Shown one piece after another: positions 1 to 4,084 of a stretch of DNA of 4,084 bases. The translations under genes were made by a program, and so were the position numbers. Every line of letters starts with the position of its first letter. Position 1 is the stretch's first letter. Below the pieces are notes generated by a model. It saw nothing but the letters and a program-made list of their open reading frames with translations, was not told the DNA's origin and ran no database searches. The DNA comes from a virus (lineage: Duplodnaviria; Heunggongvirae; Uroviricota; Caudoviricetes), in IMG/VR virus record IMGVR_UViG_3300029745_000166; one strand, given 5' to 3'.

Positions 1-93
1 CAGAATATTTTGCTGAAAAATGCGGTTTTCTCACACGGACGGATAACACGAAATCCTGCGAACTGACAAAAACTAAGTGAATAAAAGTAAAAA

Positions 94-128
94 CCCCGTT
101 TGTTGGCTGCAAGCGGGGTTTTGTGTTT
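94..128 (+). terminator. Rho-independent terminator: 9-bp stem (one G.U pair) with 7-nt loop, followed by TTTTGTGTTT
   Basis: Seen in sequence: 94-102 ccccgtttg pairs with 110-118 caagcgggg, loop ttggctg, then a T-run at 119-128. An A-run precedes the stem (aaaagtaaaaa), so it could also terminate minus-strand transcription. Confidence 0.55.
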
Positions 129-197
129 CCTGACTCTGGAAAAGTCAAAGGGGAAAGTGTGTTTGATTTTAGCAAACTGATTCGGGAGATTCGAGTG

Positions 198-296
198 ATG
201 GCTGAAAAATTATCCACCTGGAAGTTCATTCTTATCTGGCTGGTGTTTGTGATTATGGCCTCCGGTTATTTCATCGGTCAGATACGCTGGTGGTGA
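198..296 (+). CDS. Hypothetical 32-aa single-pass membrane peptide ([32 protein letters not shown]), translationally coupled to Rz
   Basis: ATG at 198 with GGGAGA 9 nt upstream; hydrophobic core of about 20 residues; TGA at 294-296 lies one nt before the Rz ATG at 298. An in-frame GTG at 159 would give 45 aa. No homolog recognised; the call rests on coupling and hydrophobicity only. Confidence 0.3.
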   Translation: MAEKLSTWKFILIWLVFVIMASGYFIGQIRWW

Positions 297-297
297 A

Positions 298-765
298 ATG
301 AACCGCGTACTGTGCGTGGTCATCATTGCCCTGCTGGTGGCCTGTGGTGCGCTTAGTCTGGGGCTGAATCATTACCGCGATAACGCCATCACCTACAAAG
401 CGCAGCGCGATAAAAAAGCCAGAGAGCTGGAGCTGGCAAACGCCACCATTACTGATATGCAGGTGCGCCAGCGCGATGTTGCTGCGCTCGATGCAAAATA
501 CTCGAGGGAATTAGCCGATGCGAGAGCTGAAAATGAAACTCTGCGTGCTGATGTTGCCGCTGGTCGTAAGCGCCTGCGGATCAACGCCACCTGCTCCGGT
601 ACCGTGCGTGAAGCCACCGGCACCGCCCGCGTGGATAATGCAACCGGCCCCCAACTGGCAGACACCGCTGAACGGGATTATTTCACTCTCAGAGAACGGT
701 TGATGCTGATGCAGAAGCAGCTGGAAGGGGCGCAGGACTATATCCGCACTCAGTGCCTGAAATAG
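298..765 (+). CDS. Rz: Rz, inner-membrane spanin subunit (i-spanin) of the phage lysis cassette
   Basis: The 155-aa product aligns along its length with lambda Rz as I recall it (shared blocks [53 protein letters not shown]). It has an N-terminal transmembrane segment followed by a charged, coiled-coil-like periplasmic domain. Confidence 0.93.
   Translation: MNRVLCVVIIALLVACGALSLGLNHYRDNAITYKAQRDKKARELELANATITDMQVRQRDVAALDAKYSRELADARAENETLRADVAAGRKRLRINATCSGTVREATGTARVDNATGPQLADTAERDYFTLRERLMLMQKQLEGAQDYIRTQCLK
518..703 (+). CDS. Rz1: Rz1, outer-membrane lipoprotein spanin subunit (o-spanin), wholly embedded in Rz in the +1 frame
   Basis: The 61-aa product matches lambda Rz1 ([40 protein letters not shown]). 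It has a signal peptide with a lipobox (LVVSAC) and a proline-rich mature region. GAGGGA sits 8 nt upstream of the ATG at 518; an alternative ATG lies at 533. Confidence 0.9.
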   Translation: MRELKMKLCVLMLPLVVSACGSTPPAPVPCVKPPAPPAWIMQPAPNWQTPLNGIISLSENG

Positions 766-793
766 GTTTTGCTGATGCGCGGTATTGTCGCCG

Positions 794-858
794 TATCCCC
801 GCATTAACAGAGACCGCAGCCCGACAGGGAGACTCCTCTGCGCGAGTGTGCGGGGATA
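794..858. repeat. GC-rich nested inverted repeat: perfect 10-bp arms tatccccgca / tgcggggata around a 45-nt spacer that contains a second inner inverted repeat (cagag / ctctg)
   Basis: Seen in sequence: 794-803 is the exact reverse complement of 849-858; 807-811 cagag pairs with 836-840 ctctg. No ORF of meaningful length overlaps it on the + strand, and no U-tract follows. Confidence 0.45.
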
Positions 859-1115
859 ATCAAAAACGACACACACCGGGGTTTACCGCGTTAACGGAGC
901 GCGGCGTTGTCCCCTCATAGTCGCCTGTCCGGTGCGATGGTGGAAGAAGCCGGATGTTTATCACTATTAATTGATGACACAGAAATGGATTCATTGAATT
1001 TCAGCACGTTTTTGTATTCGTGTTATTGAACATCTGTTTATTTTACTTTTAACATATTGATAATAAAAAGAGCTGTAAATCTTTAGATGAGTCGATTTTG
1101 TCCGGGGAAGTTCAA

Positions 1116-1256
1116 ATGGATTTTATGCTGACGGTTTCTGGAGTGGTTATCCTGTCCATTGCTTATACTGCAGATAAATATGGCTGCCATTTGTTATCAC
1201 GTATTGGCGCTTATTGTTCGTTGATGCTGATTTTCTCGTCGCTTTTTTTTGAGTAA
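1116..1256 (+). CDS. Hypothetical 46-aa hydrophobic peptide (MDFMLTVSGVVILSIAYTADKYGCHLLSRIGAYCSLMLIFSSLFFE) with two hydrophobic segments
   Basis: ATG at 1116 with GGGGA 7 nt upstream; an AT-rich tract precedes it (about 960-1100) with several TTGA-type -35-like hexamers; TAA at 1254-1256. Below the ORF-track cutoff; no homolog recognised. Confidence 0.3.
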   Translation: MDFMLTVSGVVILSIAYTADKYGCHLLSRIGAYCSLMLIFSSLFFE

Positions 1257-1388
1257 GTTATATTAATTATAACAAATAATTTTCTGTGTTATTTTTTCAG
1301 GCTATCCCGTCAGAGGGGAAGCCTGTACTGCCAGGGAGCGAATGGAAAACTGATGTGTCCGGTAACTGCGTGTTCTGTGAACACCATG

Positions 1389-1574
1389 TTACTTAATTAT
1401 GTAATTCATACCCGAACTCTCTGTTGACAGCCTTCTTCTGCAGGCTTCAATAACCCACGCTGAAAAGTTTCCTGAACCTTTCAGATCAAGAGCGATGTTA
1501 ATTTGTTCAATCATCTGGTTTGGAAATCGGATGTTGCGGGTTGTTGTTCTGCGGGTTCTGTTCTTTGATGACAT
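1389..1574 (-). CDS. Small ribbon-helix-helix-like protein, 61 aa; resembles the DUF3950 / YlcI-type small proteins of lambdoid prophages (from memory, unverified)
   Basis: ORF-track translation MSSKNRTRRTTTRNIRFPNQMIEQINIALDLKGSGNFSAWVIEACRRRL... has a basic N-terminus, a short beta-strand-like RNIRFP, then two helices (NQMIEQINIAL, FSAWVIEACRRRL), the pattern of RHH DNA-binding proteins. The ATG at 1574-1572 has TGGGGAA 7-8 nt upstream on the minus strand. Confidence 0.6.
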   Translation of the reverse strand: MSSKNRTRRTTTRNIRFPNQMIEQINIALDLKGSGNFSAWVIEACRRRLSTESSGMNYIIK

Positions 1575-1780
1575 AATGTTTCCCCATATTCAGTGTTGCT
1601 GATTTGTATTATCTGAAGTTGCTTTTACGTTAATTTGACGCAGATCAATTAATACGATACCTGCGTCATAATTGATTATTTCTCGTGGTTTGATGGCGTA
1701 CACACATGTTGTGATAAACCTTATATAGATGATAATAATTATCATTTCGTGGGTCCTTTCCGGCGATCCGACCGGTTACG

Positions 1781-1792
1781 GGGCGGCGACCT
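1781..1792 (+). other. cosN: cosN 12-nt cohesive end GGGCGGCGACCT
   Basis: Exact match to the lambda 12-nt single-stranded cohesive end, flanked on both sides by lambda-like end sequence. Confidence 0.85.
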
Positions 1793-1821
1793 CGCGGATT
1801 TTCACTATTTATGAAAATTTT

Positions 1822-1933
1822 CCGGGATCCATGTCCGGTTTCTCTGCAAGTTAACCATATGAAAAATATAAAAACATGCTTTCCATGAACCGGACATGCG
1901 CAAAAAATAGACACTAAAACCGGACATGACCGG
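1822..1933. repeat. cosB: Three copies of a CCGGACATG core: one inverted at 1829-1838 (CCATGTCCGG) and two direct at 1890-1898 and 1920-1928 (the last within CCGGACATGACCGG); candidate small-terminase binding elements of cosB, analogous to lambda R3/R2/R1
   Basis: Repeats seen in sequence. They sit between cosN and the small-terminase start, with an A/T-rich spacer (1851-1884) between the first and second copy where lambda has its IHF site I1. Functional assignment is inferred. Confidence 0.55.
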
Positions 1934-1975
1934 TTTTGTTGTGATTGTGAGGTGAGAGTTTTTGCGAGGTGAGGA

Positions 1976-2485
1976 GTGGCTACGCAGACTGAAGTTGCCA
2001 GGCATTTAAGTCTGACCGATCGCCAGCTTCGCAGATTGCAGAAATTGCCGGGTGCCCCGATATCGAATAAGCGAGGGCAACTGGATCTGGATGCCTGGCG
2101 CGATTTTTACATATCGTATCTGAGAAGAAGTAAAAACGATGTGCCTGATGGCGATAGCGAAGACGACTATGAGGAGAAATTGCTTATTGCCAGATGGGAA
2201 CTGACAGCAGAACAGGCTGTTACACAGCAGTTAAAAAATGAGGTGTCAAAAGGAAAACTTATTGACACCGGGTTCTGTATTTTTGCCCTCAGCAAGCTGG
2301 CAATGGCGTTATCCAGTACGCTTGATTCCATCCCTTTATCCATGCAGCGACAGTTTCCTGATTTAACACCGCGCCATCTTGACCATCTGAAAACCCTTAT
2401 TGCGAAGGGGGCAAATCAGTGTGCGCGGGCGGGGGATAAATTACCGGATTTACTCGATGAATATATCAGAGCAACAACTGAATAA
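1976..2485 (+). CDS. nu1: Terminase small subunit (Nu1-like): lambda-like C-terminal two-thirds, non-lambda N-terminal DNA-binding domain
   Basis: GTG start at 1976 with GAGGT/GAGGAG upstream. The C-terminal part aligns with lambda gpNu1 (FC.F.LS..A...S.LD..PLS.QR.FP.L..RH.D.LK..I.K, LL.EYI); the N-terminal ~50 aa (MATQTEVARHLSLTDRQLRRLQKLPG...) does not resemble the lambda Nu1 N-terminus but looks helix-turn-helix-like. TAA at 2483-2485. Confidence 0.88.
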   Translation: MATQTEVARHLSLTDRQLRRLQKLPGAPISNKRGQLDLDAWRDFYISYLRRSKNDVPDGDSEDDYEEKLLIARWELTAEQAVTQQLKNEVSKGKLIDTGFCIFALSKLAMALSSTLDSIPLSMQRQFPDLTPRHLDHLKTLIAKGANQCARAGDKLPDLLDEYIRATTE

Positions 2486-2486
2486 T

Positions 2487-4084
2487 ATGATGAGTGCTGT
2501 CACAACAGCATTACAGCCCCTGATAAGGGCATTGCCGGTGACGCCAGTTGAATGGGCTGATCAAAATTATTATCTGCCTAAAGAATCTTCATATGGTGAG
2601 GGAGAATGGAAAACGCTGCCGTTCCAGATCGCCATCATGAACAGCATGGGGAATGATCAGATCCGGACTGTTAATCTGATTAAATCTGCCCGTGTTGGCT
2701 ATACAAAGATGTTGCTGGGGGTGGTCGGGTATTTTATTGAGCATAAATCCCGAAACAGTCTGCTTTTTCAGCCCACGGATTCTGCCGCTGAAGATTTTAT
2801 GAAGTCTCATGTGGAGGCGACGATTCGGGATGTGCCATGTCTGAAAGACCTTTCTCCATGGCTGGGGCGTAAACATCGTGATAATACTCTCACGCTGAAA
2901 CGCTTTTCATCGGGGGTGGGCTTCTGGTGCCTGGGCGGCGCTGCCGCCAAAAACTACCGTGAAAAATCCGTGGACGTGGTCTGCTATGACGAACTTTCCT
3001 CGTTCGAGCCGGATGTTGAAAAAGAGGGCTCGCCAACCCTGCTGGGGGATAAGCGTATTGAGGGCTCGGTATGGCCAAAATCCATTCGCGGCTCGACGCC
3101 TAAAATCAAAGGCTCATGCCAGATCGAAAAAGCGGCCAACGAGTCGGCGCATTTTATGCGTTTTTATGTGCCCTGCCCGCACTGTGGGGAGGAGCAGTAT
3201 CTGAAATTTGGCGATGAGTCCACGCCTTTTGGGCTTAAATGGGAGAAGGACAGCCCCGAAAGCGTTTTCTACCTCTGTGAGCATCATGGCTGCGTGATCC
3301 ATCAGTCTGAACTGGACCAGAGTAACGGGCGGTGGATCTGTGAAAACACGGGCATGTGGACCCGTGACGGTCTGACGTTTTTCAGCGCTGCGGGTAATGA
3401 AATTCCGCCGCCGCGCTCCATCACGTTCCATATCTGGACGGCGTACAGTCCGTTCACCACCTGGGTACAGATTGTCTATGACTGGCTGGATGCACTGAAA
3501 GATCCCAACGGCCTGAAAACCTTTGTGAACACCACGCTGGGAGAGACCTGGGAAGAGGCCGTGGGCGAAAAACTCGATCACCAGGTACTGATGGATAAGG
3601 TCGTGCATTACACGGCGGCGGTGCCAGCCCGGGTGGTTTATCTGACGGCGGGCATTGACTCGCAGCGAAACCGTTTTGAGATGTATGTCTGGGGATGGGC
3701 ACCGGGAGAGGAAGCTTTTCTGGTGGATAAAATCATCATTATGGGCCGTCCCGATGAGGAAGAGACGCTGTTACGTGTGGATGCGGCGATCAACAAAAAA
3801 TACTGCCATGCAGACGGAACCGAAATGACCATTTCCCGTGTCTGCTGGGACACCGGGGGGATCGATGGTGAAATTGTCTATCAGAGGTCAAAAAAACACG
3901 GTGTTTTCCGGGTGCTGCCGGTAAAAGGCGCATCTGTCTATGGCAAGCCGGTGATCACCATGCCGAAAACCCGCAATCAGCGGGGCGTGTATCTGTGTGA
4001 AGTGGGGACGGACACCGCAAAAGAAATTCTCTATGCCCGTATGAAAGCCGATCCCACTCCTGCGGATGAAGCCACGTCGTATGC
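2487..4084 (+). CDS. A: Terminase large subunit (gpA-like), 5' partial: first ~532 codons, continues beyond the window
   Basis: Hand translation from ATG 2487 (or 2490) runs without a stop to the window end and aligns almost continuously with lambda gpA (VEWAD.NYYLPKES.Y.EG.W.TLPFQ, KSARVGY.KMLLGV, KKHRDNTLT.KRF, FWCLGG.AAKNYREKSVDV, EGSP.LGDKRIEGSVWPKSIRGSTPK, CPHCGEEQYLKFGD, WTAYSPFTTWVQIV, KTFVNTTLGETWE, YLTAGIDSQ, WGW.PGEE, CWDTGGID, RSKKHG.FRV.P.KGASVYGKPV, GTDTAKE). Missing from the ORF track because there is no in-window stop. The start is one nt after the Nu1 stop (TAAtATG). Confidence 0.95.
   Translation, partial: MMSAVTTALQPLIRALPVTPVEWADQNYYLPKESSYGEGEWKTLPFQIAIMNSMGNDQIRTVNLIKSARVGYTKMLLGVVGYFIEHKSRNSLLFQPTDSAAEDFMKSHVEATIRDVPCLKDLSPWLGRKHRDNTLTLKRFSSGVGFWCLGGAAAKNYREKSVDVVCYDELSSFEPDVEKEGSPTLLGDKRIEGSVWPKSIRGSTPKIKGSCQIEKAANESAHFMRFYVPCPHCGEEQYLKFGDESTPFGLKWEKDSPESVFYLCEHHGCVIHQSELDQSNGRWICENTGMWTRDGLTFFSAAGNEIPPPRSITFHIWTAYSPFTTWVQIVYDWLDALKDPNGLKTFVNTTLGETWEEAVGEKLDHQVLMDKVVHYTAAVPARVVYLTAGIDSQRNRFEMYVWGWAPGEEAFLVDKIIIMGRPDEEETLLRVDAAINKKYCHADGTEMTISRVCWDTGGIDGEIVYQRSKKHGVFRVLPVKGASVYGKPVITMPKTRNQRGVYLCEVGTDTAKEILYARMKADPTPADEATSY

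Larger units (their letters stand above)
1641..1960. other. cos: Phage cos site region: lambda-like right-end / cosQ side (about 1641-1780), cosN, and cosB (about 1793-1960)
   Basis: 1641-1780 is near-identical to the right terminus of the lambda genome as I recall it (CAGATCAATTAATACGATACCTGCGTCATAATTGATTATTT ... GGGTCCTTTCCGG.GATCCGAC.GGTTACG). It is followed directly by the lambda cohesive-end sequence and a lambda-like left-end start (CTCGCGGaTTTTCaCTATTTATGAAAATTTTCCGG), after which the sequence diverges from lambda. Confidence 0.85.

Noticed and set aside
1-80. Possible 3' end of an upstream gene, perhaps an endolysin
   Set aside because: Two + frames are open from the window edge (stops at 64-66 and 78-80), but only about 20-25 codons are visible and neither resembles the C-terminus of lambda R as I recall it. 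Too little sequence to call.
393-876. Minus-strand ORFs 393..665 (90 aa) and 511..876 (121 aa)
   Set aside because: Both are antisense to the well-supported Rz/Rz1 genes, Ala/Arg/Ser-rich as expected for the reverse strand of a GC-rich coding region, and have no recognisable similarity. I checked the 511..876 translation for Bor-like sequence and found none.
766-960. bor lipoprotein gene or pseudogene expected after Rz
   Set aside because: No ORF on either strand in this interval encodes a signal peptide with a lipobox or Bor-like sequence; the region is better described as non-coding with a nested hairpin.
1104-1125. tRNA-like T-loop motif GTTCAAAT
   Set aside because: No flanking complementary T-stem, acceptor stem or anticodon arm could be built; the motif instead lies in the ribosome-binding region of the 46-aa ORF.
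1257-1388. Intrinsic terminator between the convergent 46-aa and RHH-like ORFs
   Set aside because: Only short 3-4 bp stems are present (for example cctg..cagg at about 1320-1335); the T-run at 1241-1250 lies inside the peptide ORF and is not preceded by a hairpin. No convincing terminator.
1666-2005. Minus-strand ORFs 1666..1914 (82 aa) and 1805..2005 (66 aa)
   Set aside because: They span the cos site (cosQ/cosN/cosB), which is non-coding in lambda-like phages, and run antisense into the small-terminase start; they are most likely chance ORFs.
2589-3853. Five minus-strand ORFs and one + strand ORF (2959..3204) listed inside the terminase region
   Set aside because: All overlap the strongly supported gpA-like frame beginning at 2487 and are in alternative frames with low-complexity, Arg/Pro-rich products.
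1-4084. CRISPR arrays, IS elements, integrase or att sites
   Set aside because: No regularly spaced direct repeats, terminal inverted repeats with a transposase, or recombinase ORF are present; the only organised repeats are the cosB CCGGACATG elements and the 794-858 hairpin.

Overview
This window is the lysis-to-packaging junction of a lambda-like (lambdoid) phage or prophage late region, all on the + strand. It runs: an intrinsic terminator and a tiny membrane-peptide ORF, then the spanin pair Rz with Rz1 embedded out of frame, then a ~1 kb accessory slot where lambda carries bor, then a complete cos site, then the terminase small subunit (Nu1-like) and the first ~532 codons of the terminase large subunit (gpA-like). 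The gpA ORF is absent from the supplied ORF track because it runs off the window end. The accessory slot has no bor; it holds a GC-rich nested hairpin, an AT-rich stretch with a 46-aa hydrophobic peptide ORF, and a convergent 61-aa ribbon-helix-helix-like ORF. The cos site pairs a lambda-identical 12-nt cohesive end with a non-lambda cosB made of three CCGGACATG repeats, matching a non-lambda N-terminus on the small terminase. Protein identifications rest on my recollection of lambda Rz, Rz1, Nu1, gpA and the lambda genome ends; no searches were run. Nothing here can be shown to be a new system from sequence alone; the best candidates for undescribed function are the small ORFs and the hairpin in the accessory slot.
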